A stretch of DNA of 64,000 bases, taken from contig CM052817.1 of NCBI GenBank assembly GCA_028534125.1, positions 27,158,001-27,222,000 of the forward strand, written 5' to 3'. Below are positions 37,601 to 52,000 of the stretch, piece after piece. Each line of letters begins with the position of its first letter. The stretch's first letter is position 1. The notes beneath the pieces are model-generated. The model saw only the letters and a program-made list of their open reading frames with translations, had not been told where the DNA came from and made no database searches. The translations under genes were made by a program, and so were the position numbers. This DNA is from Lama glama. Lineage: Eukaryota.

Positions 37601-40600
37601 AAGATTTATTAATTTCCTTCTTGCAGCCCTTCTCAGCATACATTATATGGTTTTATACTTAGTGTTTTCCAGTAATATTTAGACTCATGGACTCTAAGTT
37701 ACTGAAATGATTTAGACGATTAAAATGGATATGTGGTTACATTAAACTGCCTTGTGTAGTGTCTGGAGTTTTGCATATGTGAAAGGACTATGATAATGTG
37801 TGTTTAAAGAGCTTAAAGAACTCTGTAGACTATTAATTTATTCTAGCGATCATACCCTGCTCTTTAAGTTAACAACATCTGAGCTGAAAATAGAAGAAAA
37901 CAAAAGATAAGTTTTAAGATACAAACTTGTGCCCACATGCCAGAGCCTTTGGGGAATGACTCTTGCATACGCCCAGATACATTAAGAACTTAATTGTCCG
38001 AGTACTTCGGTTATCCCTTTACTGCATTCATTTACTACATTTATTTGTAAGCAAAGGTGATACTAGCAAATTATGACATCAATATACGAGGGTTTCAAGG
38101 TGGCCAGAACTGAAGTCTCCTCAGTTTCTGTACTTTTCCGTCATCTGACTGAATTTAATGGATTGGGAACATTACTGCTTTATTTATTTGAAGAAATGTT
38201 TTTTGGTGTTGTGTCCCAACTCACATCTCTCTCTTAGTAGCTGTAAGGGTTTGTGGTGAAACCTTGCTTCTCAAATGGGGACTGAGCTGGTAACATGAAA
38301 ATTTTGGCTGAGACCCTGGGAAAGTGCTAACAGTGAGTGTCTTTTCTCCACCTGAGCTGAAATCTGAGCGATTCAGCGGTTCCGCACAAGGCAGCTCTTG
38401 TGCATACTTCCCTCACTGTCGAGCCCGCAGTGAGCTACCTGACAGGCGTCTGATAATCAAAGCCAAAGGACACTGTTCTCTTTCCAAATCTTGTAGCGAG
38501 AGGTGGACAAAAATGTGTGAAGTAAGTATTCTCTTCCCAAGTGTCCCCTCCCCTGCCCATGCCAGCCCAAGCATGGCATCGCTGCGGGATACTGACAGAG
38601 ACTTAGACTCATCTCTCTTTCCTCCTTCACCCCCAAATACAGCAGCAAGCAGACAACCCAAATGCCTAGCAGGAAGATCATTACTTTCTTATTTTGGGAA
38701 AATCTAGGGACTCCTTGTGTTTTGGTGTCTAGAAACATAAAAGGAGAATCCTATGAAAAGACTTAAGCTCATTAACATTTACAGGGTGCCCATTGCTGGG
38801 CCACTGTGTGATGTGTTATTTAAGCTTTGTAGAGATAAATTACAGTTTGCCTTTGTCTCTTTGCCTGCGTAAAGGGGAAAGCAGAAGCATGAGGTGTTAT
38901 TATAAAGTAAGCAGGTTGATTTTCATGTGAAGCTTAGTATGAATCAGTCTCATTACTTTGTCTCATTGTTTGTTCTGAGAAACTGCTGTTTTACACAGTA
39001 CAGACTTCTTTGTTTGTTTGCTTGTTTCTTATATTAAGACTGTGCAGTGGGACAAGTAAGAGTGAAAAGAAAAAAACGCTGTAAAAATAGAAAGGATGAA
39101 GCGGGTAGGGGAGAGGAAGGAAGGAGAAGAAATAACATGATTTGCCTGAAGGAGGCCGGAAAGTGAGGAGATGGAGGAAGTTGAGATTGCATTCAGTTAA
39201 AATCAATGAGGGCAGTTCTTGGTTGAGAGAAGTAGGACTCCCTATTACAAGATTTTGCATGTAGCTGGTCAAGTATGGCGGATTCTAGACATACTTTCAA
39301 GAGAAGAGGTAATTCTGATAAAATCATTGGCTAATGGTTTATGAATGCTTATCATGTCATTTGCTCATGCTGGTGGGAAGCAAGAGTTTTTGTATGTAAT
39401 TCAACCAGTTTTAGTCTTAACTATCACAGGAGGTGGGTATGCTTTTCATTTCCTTTTTTTGTTTGTTTGTTTTTAATTTGAGGAAAGAACTGAAGCTTAG
39501 ACAGATTAAACTTCCCTAATGCCTCGGTTGATAATAAAACCCAGGTTCTCACCAAGGCTGTGCCCCTAATGGCTACCCTCAGACTGCATTTGAATACCTG
39601 AGGAAATAAAACAAAATATATAACTGAAATCACTTTGTATTAAAAAAAAACCAGTAGCATTAGAAACATAGCATTTTAAATTTTAAAAGATCTTTGGAGG
39701 TTGGTTCATAGGAGAGAAAGCTGAAGTCTAGGGAGAATGTCTTAGAGTTCTTAACTGGTCATGGGATACCTTGGGAAAATTTCCACCCTTGTATTACAAC
39801 TTTGGAAAAAGGGTAAAATACGTATTCTATCTGTCAATTTTTCCCCAGCTTGTTCATTATCAATGTCCGGGAAAATATCTATTTAAAGTTAGACTAATTG
39901 AGTAATGCTTGAATAATTATGTGTACTTTGCAATTCATACTGAATGCAAAACTGGAATGCAGGAAAAATTTCTGTCTTGCACTGTCTCACTACATGTAAG
40001 GTGAAAAGACTAGACCTCTAATGCAGCTTATTTAGGAAGTGTAGAATGCCCGCAGTCATTAAAATTAGTATTATGCTATAATGCCAAGGGCTCTGGAATA
40101 TAGTTTAAATGTTACTTGGTGTTTTCTAGATAGATCTTAAAATAGATATCAATATAAAACAAATTGAAGTACAGAAAAATTGGCCCTAGAATGTCAATTC
40201 TAGGACATATTTTGGTGAGAATGTGAGAAATTAGCCACAAACCACACTTAGCCCCTGGAAATTTGCAACAGAAATTTCAAGGCTAAATATATTTAAGTGT
40301 TCTTTGAGCCCACTTCTTTGTTTTATTAAAAAAAAAGACCTATCCAAATGCTGAAAGTGAAATGAGTAAGAGTTCGATGAGGATGAAATATTTCATGTTG
40401 ACAATTTTATATAGTTATCGTGGCCTAAACATTTTCTAAGTCCACAAAATTAATAAGCCTAGTGAGTCAAATCTAAGGAAGGAGACTGAATGCTGTAAAA
40501 ATGCCCCAATTGTCTATTAGACATTTTATTACTAAATTTTCTCCTGGGGTACGGGTGGGAGATGAAATTTCCTACTTGATTTATAACATGAAATTTAAGA

Positions 40601-41071
40601 TGTAAGGAACTGTGTTGCTGTTTCTATTTTAAGGGCCCCACCAGAGTTCTTTTGTTTTGTTCTTCTCTGCTAGTAACCCTGTAATTCCCACCTAGCTCCT
40701 GCATTGATCCTGTATATTTTTCAACCTAGTTCATTTCAGTTGACCTACTTGTATGTTGAATTCCCATGGCAAGCCTCGTTAATCTCATTAATTCCATGCC
40801 CTTGTCAACTACTGAGAAGAAAAGTTGGAGTTGAGATAGATTCTGTTGGATGAAAAGATGGAATGGTGGAGACATTATTTCCTTTCCTTTCCTTTTCTTC
40901 CTTCCTTCCCTCTCTCCTCCTTTCTCTCTCTCTCTCCCCCTCTTTTTCTTTCCAGATACTTTGCTTTAAAAGAATATTATAAAAACAAGTTGACTTCACA
41001 TATTTGAGAATTAATGTGTAGGGGCAACTGAGGAGTGTTGATAAGGGGTGTAGGTACAGGGGAAATGGGAA

Positions 41072-41207
41072 TTTTTTTTTTTTATTTTATAAGGGGGTGG
41101 TAATTGGGTTTATTCATTTGTTTCTATTTGGAGGAGGTACTGGGGATTGAACCTGGGACCTCATGCATGTCAAGCATGCACTCTACCACTTGAGCTATAC
41201 CCTCCCC
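41072..41207 (-). mobile_element. tRNA-derived camelid SINE (Vic-1-like)
   Basis: ggaggtactggggattgaacctgggacctcatgcatgtcaagcatgcactctaccacttgagctataccctcccc preceded by poly(T). Confidence 0.88.
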
Positions 41208-44200
41208 TGGAATGGTTTTTGTATACTTAATAGAATGTGCCTGAGCCATGGTGGCTAGATTATGCTTCAGTAACAAACGACCCCAAGATCTCAGTGGTTG
41301 GCACAATGGAAGGCTTTTCTTTCGCTCATGCCAGCTATCCAATATGGATTGATACCCAGATCGACAGAGTTACCTCCATGTTACCTATTACCCCAATCAC
41401 CCTTCCAATGGGAAGACTTTTTACTGGGAAGTGACTCACTGGTGGGAGCAAGTCCTACAAGATGTCCAACTGTAGAGGAGGCAGATAACAGCCATCTGAC
41501 CCTGTGTCCCAACAGGAAAGTCAGAAACCAGTGACAGCTAGTCCTGTTTCATGCCTTTCCTTGAGAAAGAGCAGTATCAGTAAAGGTTAAAGATGGGTGT
41601 ATTGCCAACCACTCGAGTCTGGTGCTGCCCCTCTGAGAAGGTATTCTTTTTAAAAATCTATGAACATAATTCAGTAAAGCAATATTACATATGGAAGCAT
41701 CGGCCAAATAAGTGATCTCAGGGCATGTTTGTCTATAAATTCTTTTCTTCATTCCTTTGTACCTTTATCCCTTCAGTAAATGTTTACTGAGCTATCATGT
41801 ATCAAGTACATAATGTAAGCCTTGATTTATTTATTTTCTTTTTATTTTACTTGTATTATCTGCAGTGTTTTCTTTAACACATTTTTACTGCCTTGTCAGT
41901 ATTTTGTATGTATGTTTATTTTGAATCTATTATTTTTTAACTTCCTTCGGGGTATGGACCTGACCTGTTTTCTTTACCAGATTATCCAGATGTGTTCCTG
42001 CCAAATATATGATAACCAGGGAGCAAGCATAATGTATTGGTTGTATTTTTCTCAAGATTTCTATGAAGAAGTTTCAATTAAAAAAAATCTTAGTTTATTA
42101 AAATTTTATTTAATATCTTAAAATTTTATCTGTAATACATTGGGATAATTTTCCCCTTGCTATTTTATTTGAAGAGTCAAATGACTCTATTACATGTCAT
42201 TTGGGTGACCATAAACTTCTGAATAATGAGTAAAATTATTGTAGGAGAGGGATCTCATTTAGACAATCAAACATGGTGCGGTCCTTGAGTACAGCTAAAC
42301 ATTTTAATTTCAGCAATCACTGTCCCTTCGTTCATCTTTGCTTTGTCTTCTGCATTTCCATCACACAGCCTGACTTGTAATGTGGTTCTCTAATTTTGTC
42401 TTCCTCAGAACTGGTGAGCACAGGAAGTATCTTTCTTGTCTTTGTAGCCCGCCATCCCTCAAGCCTGACACAATACCTTGCACATAGCAGCTGTTCAATA
42501 AAAGCTTGTTAAATAGATTTGATCTTTCTCACCTATAGTGGTTGAACTTTTGAAGTAGTGCAGGACTGAAAACAGAACCACAATTATTTAATACAGAAAA
42601 CAGTTACAAAACCTAAGTCTGAGGGGAGATGGGGCTAGAGAGACTGCATTGAAGGTTCTCTGCGTGGAACGTTCTAGCATGCTTAGTCTTGATGTGTTTC
42701 AAAGGGAGCAGTTCGTTTCACATTGCTGAATTAATGTTCCTGAAATTGAAAAAAAAAAAGTGCGAGATTTCTGATGTGATGAGCCTCCATCAATCACTTG
42801 TACTTTTCTTCTTCGTAACCTGAGTATCTTCCTTTCAAGAGGGTGGTTGAAGTCACTTCTTCTGGGACCAAACCCAGTGTTTCTGCCTTGAGGAAACATA
42901 ATTAATTGACACTTTAAAGGTACTTTATAGGCCTGTCCTGACCCTGAGCAAAGAGTATTACTTGATTTATAGTTACAAAAGGTCTACTTGCAAAATCTGG
43001 GTGTATTTTATGGTAGCTCTTTTGGTTGATTGCTTTCATTTTTATTCGGTAAATTATCTAGAACAGCTGTATGATGTCATCAGAGGCTTGACTTACTTTT
43101 ACTTCAGCCTTGAAAGGCTGAGCATGGGGGATATTTCAGTGAATGGGAAGACCGAGCATTGTGCACAGGAGAAGGTAACATGGGATGTTAGCTATTGTGA
43201 ATTGATTTCCTTCTTACTGTGGGAGCCAAGGGTTTGGACAGTTTTGAGAAAAGAATATTGAAATGTCAAGGATTTTGTTTTGTGACTTGGATTTCCTGAT
43301 ACCGTGCCCTAAAGGAATCCAACTGTGGATTACAGCGTCACATTCTAAAGACATTGACAAGATTTTTGTCATTAAATTAAAAAAAGTATTGCAACAAAAT
43401 ACTGAATAATCATACCTTCCTTTGATGTGCAGGGTAATCGTTTTATTCAAGTGAACTAAGGCAGGATATGTACTCATTACAAAAGATTCCAACAAAGATG
43501 CAATTTTAAGTTTCAATGAAAAGATCCTCCCAGAGTTACCATGCTTCAGGAAATACGATTAAGAGTTGGTGACATTTGTTCACAAGCCACAGGCATTCTT
43601 GGCAGTTTGAGAACACGGGCGTGTGTGATCCCTACGCTTCCGGGCACATGTGACTGTCGTTGCTGGGGGTTCTAAGGCTTTCTAAGGGTCTCACACATCA
43701 GTTCAAGTCAATATGCCTCATGGCTTTTGGCTGCTTCAGTGGAGCCCAGCCTTGCTTTTGTGATAAGGGTTTCTCTGGTTTTCTAATAAAGAGGCTTTGT
43801 GCTGATCCTTGGGTTGGTTCTTGGGATTTCGGGAAAAGAAGCTCCTTTGTGAGTCCAGACTCCACACTGGCTGCTGCCTGTCATCTTCGTCCTCCCTGAA
43901 AGGAGTCCTGGAGGCAGCGGTCAGTGTCCACTGGTGAGCAGCATCAGTGCTGTCACTTGGCTTACCTGTACCCTCTGGGGAAGGTGCCAGGGAAAGAAAA
44001 ACAAACCAACAAAGAAAAACAAGACAAAACTGAACATCCCAGGTCCAGACTTGACTATTTGAGCATTTGAAGCTATTAGCCAATAGCTGCTACTTTCCCA
44101 GGGCCTCATGGCTCAAACTCCAGGCTAGGAATGCTCTGGATATTTCAGTTTGTTGCTCAATAGATCTACTAAGTGCATATCACTGGGCTTAGTTTTGTGG

Positions 44201-47200
44201 ATGTGATTAATAGAAGAATTCCTGGAAACAAACTACCCAGAAACTATTTGTAAAGTTACTGGTCTGGGCTTGTTTCATACCTCTCTTTGCTCAGTGCCTC
44301 GTGCATAATTTGTGCTCAAAATATTGGGCTGAATAGCTGAGGAATGAGTATGAGGCAGATTTATTAATACAAGGCAATGAAGTGAATGAGAGGCAAGTGG
44401 ATGAGGCAGGGGGATGGGTCTGCGTGCGCTTAAAGGAGTCAAGTGAAATGAAAGGCTCTCTGGGCCTGCTGAGTCAGAGAGGGTTGAACAGAGATGACTG
44501 GGCTGCAGTACAGAAAGAATATCTGATTTCCTTGAAGCTATCAGTCTGTGAAATACTGGGAACACAGAAATGCTTGTGGGAAGGTTAGGGTTTGGAATTA
44601 GAACTGAGCTCTTGTTCAGGCTCTGTCACCTGTTGGCCGTGGCCTTGAGCTGGCCATCATGTGTCTTTGGGCCTTTGGTACAAGTTCAAAAATTGAGATA
44701 ACATTATCTTTTGCTCAGTATTATCTTGAGAACTAATAATGTATGTGGAAGTGGCTAACAACACGTGTGCATGTATGTGCACGTGTTTGTGCATAAAATT
44801 TCATTGTATGATTTATCGACACCGCTCGGTGCTACGCGGTGCTCTCAGCACTTTCCAAGTATTAAGATGGACTCATTTAATCCTCGCAGCAGCATGTTAG
44901 GTTGGTATTCTTTGTCTTGTTTTTCAGATGAGGAAGCTCAGACATTGGCAGGGAACGTGACCTGCCCATTGTCCAGCTAGTGAGCAGTGGAGCTGGGCTC
45001 CGAACCCCGGTGTCTGAGATGAGCCATCCTCTGGGTGCTTACAGTTACAGCCAGAACTGTCACTGGGGTTCCTCCCACACACATCCGTGTTGGTTAGACG
45101 CTGTGGCGAAAATACCATAGTCACGGTGTCACTTTCAGTTTACTCCAAGTTGCCATTTATCCTACCCTTGCCCCCTTTAAGAAAATGCTTACAGCAATTT
45201 GGGGGGTTGAATTTTTAGTATTTGCTGGTTATATTGCTACATAAGTCACTTGGCCCCTTATTTCTTCAACAATAAAATAGAAACATGGGTCTCAACAGGT
45301 TGCTGGAAAATGTAAATGAGAGCGTATATAACCGTAAACTGTAAGGCATCATAGGAATGAAGGGCACCCGTCACAGTGTATTGGCCTCGATCAGATGCAT
45401 CTCTTTCCCTGGTGACAGCATATAAAATTAATTACTTTGGCTGATGTTTGTTAAGCATCTATGATGTTTTAAATTCACTTTGAGGGCTCGTCTTACATAG
45501 GGGTTAGGTTTTAAACTTGAAGTCAGTAAATAAGGTGAAAATGTGTACATAGAAATTATCCTTCAAATATCTTAATGTCCTCTCTCCCTCAGCTGAACTT
45601 TAGAATGTTAACCCCGAGGATTCTGTTGCTTTCCTTCATGGCTGCATCTCAGGGTCTGGAAGAATGATCAGTATGTATTTATTGACTGAATTACTAGTTG
45701 ATTTGCATCGAGGGGCCAGTTGTATGAAAGGGGGACACTGTTTAATGCCAGTATCCTATTCAATGCAGTAAAAGGCTCATCCTGAGCTATCCTCATGAGA
45801 ACTCCCTGTGTGAAATCTGTGTAGTTGGGTTTCCCTAACTTAATGCAGATATAACACGACTCCACTGTGCGTGTGTTTGTGCTTAAAACAAGCTGCACGA
45901 CACCTGTCACTATCCCATTTCAGAAATGAGGAAACTGAGACTCAGAAGAGTGAAGAAAATTGTCCAAATTCTCATAGCCAGCACCTCCCCGCTGGCCCTC
46001 AAAATATGCACATTCTCATGTTAAAACTGTTGAATTTCCATTTTTTCTCCTGCAGCCAACTGCATAGTGTCTGTCTGCCCTGAGCAAAAGTCAGGAGTAA
46101 ATCAGAAATAAAAACTAAGCAGAGTTGTTTCTTGTGTGATTCTGTGGAATCAAAAAGAGTAGTCAAATCAACAGGTGTGTCTTTTGCCTGAAATAACATC
46201 TTTGCATTGTTTAGGCTCATTTTAAATTTTTTTTAAATCGTTTCAACTTTTGGGAGTTCACTTGGACTGTACTGAGGGTAAGCTTCCAAGATGAAACAAT
46301 TATTGGCCCCAACAATTATTGCCGTGGAATCTTCACGGCAATAATTCAAGCACTTAAATTGGTCCTGATGTTTCTGATAAATTCCAATGATGATCAGCAA
46401 TTTGGTCTTGGAATTAAGGTTTTTTCACTTTAGCTGCAGGAACCAACAACCCGGAGTAATTTATTGGCATCTGTATCCTGATTAAAAGTATTTTATGACA
46501 TTTGCTAGCTCTGACTTGGTCAGTGCATGGATTGTGTAGGTCAGTGTGGGAGAGCGTGCTTGCTTCTCTTGTTATTACACAAGCTTGGAAACTTGCCTTG
46601 CAGTTCTGTTAAATGGCCTCTTACTCCTGCAGTGTTGCCAGGACTTGGCTTATTTTTCACGCCAAATTAAAAAAAAACCCAACATTGTTTGTAAGCAGTG
46701 ACATTTGACTCATTATTACTCATGAGCACCTGAAGTCAGCAACTTGAATTTTGAGTTAGTTTATTAGAAAATATTCAGCAAACAACATTCCTTGGGGCTC
46801 CTCTGGGCCTAGAGCATCAAGGAGATTAATGCAGATAGTACAATATTTCCATTATGACATTCCAGATATGAGCAATACACCATTTAGGTGAGTCAGAAAA
46901 TGTATCCAGTGATAGTAATAGCTTGGTATTGGATGAATGTTAACTGATTTGGTTAATCTTTTAAAAATTTGGATCTCTGCTATAATTAAAAAACTGTCAT
47001 TTGTACCTAAATGGAGGAGGGTAACCATTTGATAGCTGTGAGCTGGTCCAGTCTCTGTTCAGAAATGGTGTTGAAATTAACTTATGGGCGGTTCCTATAA
47101 ATGATGTCACAATACAGTAACACTGTATTAATCCTTTAGAAGTCCATTCTTGGCTCTTTTACTCCAATAATGTTGCCAGATTTTACAGCTGCAGTGTAAT

Positions 47201-47399
47201 TTGAAACAATGTGAAAATTGCCCTGTTTACTCATTCCAAGCAAAAGGGCTAATGCTAAATTAGTTTTCTGGTTACAAGTTGATTGAGCTTAGTAATAGCC
47301 AACTTTATTCATTCTTCTCTGGTAGTGAACATTGTAAAGCTTGTGTGCAGTTGTTTATCCTGAAATTCAACAAGGTTTTTATCCTGGGTTTTACTTAAT

Positions 47400-47590
47400 T
47401 TAAAAAAAAATTGGAGTATAATTGACTTATAATATTATATTAGCTTCAGGTGTACAGCATAGTGATTCAATATTTTTATACATTATGAATGATTACCACC
47501 AGGTCTACTTACCATCTGTCACCACCCAAAGTTATTACAGTATTATTGACTATATTCCTTGTGTTGTGCATTATATTTATTTTTTAACTG
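47400..47590 (-). mobile_element. 5'-truncated L1 3' end
   Basis: ttggagtataattgacttataatattatattagcttcaggtgtacagcatagtgattc...tattattgactatattcc. Confidence 0.75.
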
Positions 47591-47608
47591 AAAGTTCTGA
47601 TCCTTTTT

Positions 47609-47688
47609 AAAATTTTTACTTTTTTGTTGAAGTATAGTCAGTTTATAATGTTGTGTTAATTTCTGGTGCACAGCACAGTGATTCAGTT
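47609..47688 (-). mobile_element. Very short L1 3'-end insertion with TSD
   Basis: ttgttgaagtatagtcagtttataatgttgtgttaatttctggtgcacagca, flanked by aagttctgatcctttt (from 47592) and aagttctggttctttt (from 47689). Confidence 0.75.
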
Positions 47689-48737
47689 AAGTTCTGGTTC
47701 TTTTAATTAAAGCCTTTCTTCCAATGCAATCATTTCGATTTATATTTTTTAAAAACGAAAGAGAAGAAAACCTTAAGGGTCTCTCTTTAATCTGTTTCAG
47801 AATAGCTAAGGAAGAGTATCGTGTTAGGAATTCCTGAAAATGGAGTCATAGAAGGGCTTTATATCTTATGCTATGAAAATCCTTTTATGTAAACTGGAAA
47901 AAAAAAAACCCATCAGATTCTGAATGAAAGCACAGGAAAAAAGAAGTCAGGGCTGATTTTAGTGGAGTCGCCCTAGAGAATGAATGCATTTTGACTGCAT
48001 TACCTTCTGGGAACAAGTGAGGTGGTGATTCAAGGTCTAGTTGACACCTTACATTTTCACAGGAGGCTGTGTTTATGACTCCTTGCACCTATAGATTGCA
48101 TCTTACACAGTATTGGATTCTGCTCTGTAATCTTGGTTCACTTAGCCTTCACATTCTCACTGCAGCTTCTTTTGGTTCAATTAGGATTTGCCCTCATCTC
48201 CGTTCACTTTTACTCTTCTCTTCGGGCCTTGCTATTGGTGTTGCAGGAAAGAAAGGTTTCTTCCTGTTCCCATTACTGATGCTTTTATCAGTGGTCATTC
48301 TTTGCCTTCCCCTGAAGAATCTGCCCTCAAAGCACTTTACATCTGAACCTGGTTGTGATCGCTCTGCTTGGATGCACTTACATAAAGTGGGAGGAAAAAT
48401 AGACCACCTTGTATTCTCTGCAAAATGGCACTCCTCCCCTGTGTTGTCAGTCACTGCCAGCTGCCCCACCTTCATCCTTGGGGTTCAGTAAGAAATAATT
48501 GGGCCCCAGACATTTTGGGGTTAAGTTTTGTGCTTCTGTTTCTGCTACATAATTGGTTCATTAGCTTGCTTTGGTGTTAGTCAGCTCATCCCTGGATTAG
48601 TGAGCCGTTCCTCTGATTTTTTCCCACACTTATTGCAAAATTCAAGAGAATTACTATCATCTTTTTTTGGAACACAGGTTTTTTTTTTTTTTAATTACTG
48701 TTGATTTCTTTCTGCTCTGTCAGAGCCTTCTTAAAGC

Positions 48738-49070
48738 CAAGGTTGCATAATCTATTTTGTGCCCTGGGTCCCTTTGATTGTCTGGGGAAACCTGTAGACC
48801 CCCTCTCATAAAAATGTTTTAAATGTATCAAATAAGATAGTTACATGGTACTACAAAGGAAGCCAGTTATGTTGGAATAAGTTGTGAAAATATTAAATTT
48901 GATATAGTAATACGTGTCTTTTTAAAAGCTAATTAAACATCAAGATTCAGTGGTGACTCTAAGAACTACTTTAATTTTAAAACATTGATGATAGTTAAAG
49001 ATGTTTTTTGATATCTTCAATAGTAATGTGACCGAAAAATCTCTGATTTCTTTTGGTCACAGATTCTGCT
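48738..49070. mobile_element. hAT-Charlie (Charlie1-like) fragment
   Basis: tctattttgtgccctgggtccctttg...tagaccccctctc...tacaaaggaagccagttatgttg resembles the Charlie1 terminus. Confidence 0.6.
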
Positions 49071-52000
49071 CATACTACTAGTTTATTAATTGAAGGAAAT
49101 GATAGACATTAAATTTCAGAAATACGGGTGTAATTCTTCCAAGTTCACGGACACCTTCAGTGTGATCTCTAGATTCCCATCCATCTGCATATGATGCCTG
49201 CTTGACCTTTTGCTTTAGTTGACTTCGCCTCACCACAGCCCTCATCTGCGTGGACAGTGGTACCACCTTGTCTTTCCATCTCATTTCCTGGTCCTTCTGC
49301 CTCCTTTGCCTGACCCTGGGGTCAGACAAACTAACCCCATTCTTCAGTCTTGCCCATTGTGCTTGTAGATGTTTGTACAGCCCAAGAAACTCTTCACTTC
49401 CACCAGGTATTTTTTTGTTCCTTTCTGTTAGACTCTATTTAAGAGTCTCAGTCTGCATTATTATCTCATCCATCCAGCCATTCATCGATTCACCCAATAT
49501 TTATTGAGAGTCAACTAGGTGCCAGGTACAGATCTAGGCACTGGGGACATGGTGGAGAAATGCCATGTGACTAGAGCATGGAGACCTAGTTAACCTTAGA
49601 GGTCAGGGAAGGCCAGAAGCTGAGAGATTTACAATAAGATCTGTAAGATCTGGTGAAAGAGGGTTGCGGGGGTGAGGAAATGAAGGGGATGTTCCAGGCA
49701 GAATACAGCAGACACTTATCTACAGATAGGAAAGGAAACCGTTCCTCATAGTTAAATGACTTGTCAAAGCCACACAACCAGGAACCTGGGAGTCCTTATC
49801 TGTTCAGTCTGTACCATCCAAGGTTAGAAATGACATTATCCTCTGCAGTGCTCTGTGTCTATTGACTGTTACAGCTCATAGCTACATGTGGAACTAGCCA
49901 ATCTGATGTATCTGTTTATCTTTCCGTCTCAAGTTGGATATTCATTGAGGAAACTTCTGAGTGTGTTTGTGTGTGCGTGCTCATTTTAAACTCTGATGTA
50001 AGCTGAAATTGAGACCCCGGATTGCACCCAGGAAAGACTTAACATTACATAATAATGATAATGATGATGATATGAAATGGTATTAGTTAACATTTATTGA
50101 GCCTTCCCTGTGTACCAGGCTGTCTTCTATATGCTTTACACACATTCATTCACTTAATGCTCAGAACACTCCTCTAAGGTAAAGAATACTATTCAAGTAC
50201 ACAGGAGGGGAGTGGCTTGAGCTTACAAATGTATCTAGAACATAGTCAGGCTAGGATTTCAACCCTGGTAGAATGGCTCCAGATTCCATTTTCTCAAATT
50301 ACTAAGTCCTATAGTCGTATATACTTCCGCTTGTGTAAAACTTGGATAATAGAGGGATAAGAATTTGCACGAAACCCTTTATGTATAACCTATTCCTTTG
50401 GTCACATGGCATTTTAACTCATTATGGCCAAAGTTATCATCAAAACTTTTCTGCCCAAAATTACTATGTCGCTGTATAATATTTTTTCAGTGAGTTCCTT
50501 GAAGGTTTATGAGGCCTTCAAACCTCACTTTTTCCTTTCTCCCTGATTTTGCCTGGCTGTGATTCATTGCCTGATTGGTGCTTTCACCACCCACCTCTGT
50601 GGTCCATCACTTGCCAAGGAGCTCAGCTCCTAGAAAAAGAAAGGACAGCCCTGACACAGGTTGAAAGTGCCTGTCAAACATAGATTAAAGAGAAAAGAAC
50701 AAAACAAAACAAAAACAAAAACAAAAGATTAAAGAGAATTTGCATTTAAAGAAATCAACCCCATTAGCAGAGCTTTTTAGCTGTGTCTCAGTTAAATTAA
50801 GTCATTTTTGAGAAATGTTTTCTTCTTGTAGTTTGAGGCTTGGTCCACAGCTCTCATCCTGCGTTGGGGTTGGTACAGTTGAGCTGTGATTTATTAGGCA
50901 CAGATTGAAGATTTCATGTGGAGCTTGGTTTTCCTCATGCTCATGCAGCCAAATATTTTTAATTGTGTCCAAGAAAGGGTCCAGTTGAAAATTAGAAGAT
51001 ATTACTAAGTGAAATATAATTATGTCTTGAAGATACCTGACAGCTGTTGTTTTAGGTGCTGAATTGCATATCTCAACTCATACTTTTCCTTCACTTCTCA
51101 GATTTGAAGACTTAGATTATCCCATTATCTGCAGAGGTTACTTAAGGATACTAAGTGACTGGAGGTTTTATTCAGAAGGAGAACTAGAGGTAAAATCAGA
51201 AACTCAAGTACTAATATTTAGGGCAGTATTAAAAAAAGAATATGGTAATTGGGTCAGTTTATATATGTATGCATGTGTATGAGAAGACACATGCACTGGA
51301 AAAGGGAAAACTTTTTTGCATTATACTCTAATACTGACACATTAAAATAGTGCTTTATAGAGAAGGAATGAACCTTAGAAGGTTGGATGAGTTGACCAAG
51401 GGGCTATGGGGAGTGAGGACAGAGCCAGGATTGAAACACATGGTTCTGGCTTCAGGTACACTTGACCTTTGCCTTCTGGCCAAGCAGATGTCGAGAAGGA
51501 TCCACTATGTCAAGAGAAAAAAATGGAAAGAGAAGATGCTCATCTTGGGGGCTGATATGGTATAGCTGACTCTGGATTTAAAAAAAAAATGGGTTTAGTA
51601 CAACCCTGGGCTTATCAGCTTTGTAACCTGTGTAAGTTACCAGACCTGGGGCCTCAAGTTCGGAAATCCTCATACCTGACCTGAAAGGTGCTGTAGGGAT
51701 GAGCTTCCCAACCGCCTCTGAGATTAACTGAAATCATGTATGTGTCAGTCCTGGTGCTTGATAAATGTGAAATTCCCTTCTCTTTCCTTTGCATACAGAT
51801 TTGTTAGTTGTCTAAATTTTTCCTGATGGCATTATTTGTTGTCTGTGGAGTCCTCTCTGTATTATAAAATCTTATTAAAAAACCATTTTAATATGTGCAG
51901 CAAGTAGACTTAATAAGTAAAAAACAAAACAAAACAAAACAGAGCTTTTGTATGTTTAAAGTATCTTCCAGGAGGTTTTTATCTGGCCAAATAGTTCGAA

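Noticed and set aside
41135..41207. tRNA-like sequences with A/B boxes (also ~3190-3266 and ~61175-61252)
   Set aside because: They have A-rich tails, TSDs in two cases and mutual divergence, so they are SINEs rather than tRNA genes.
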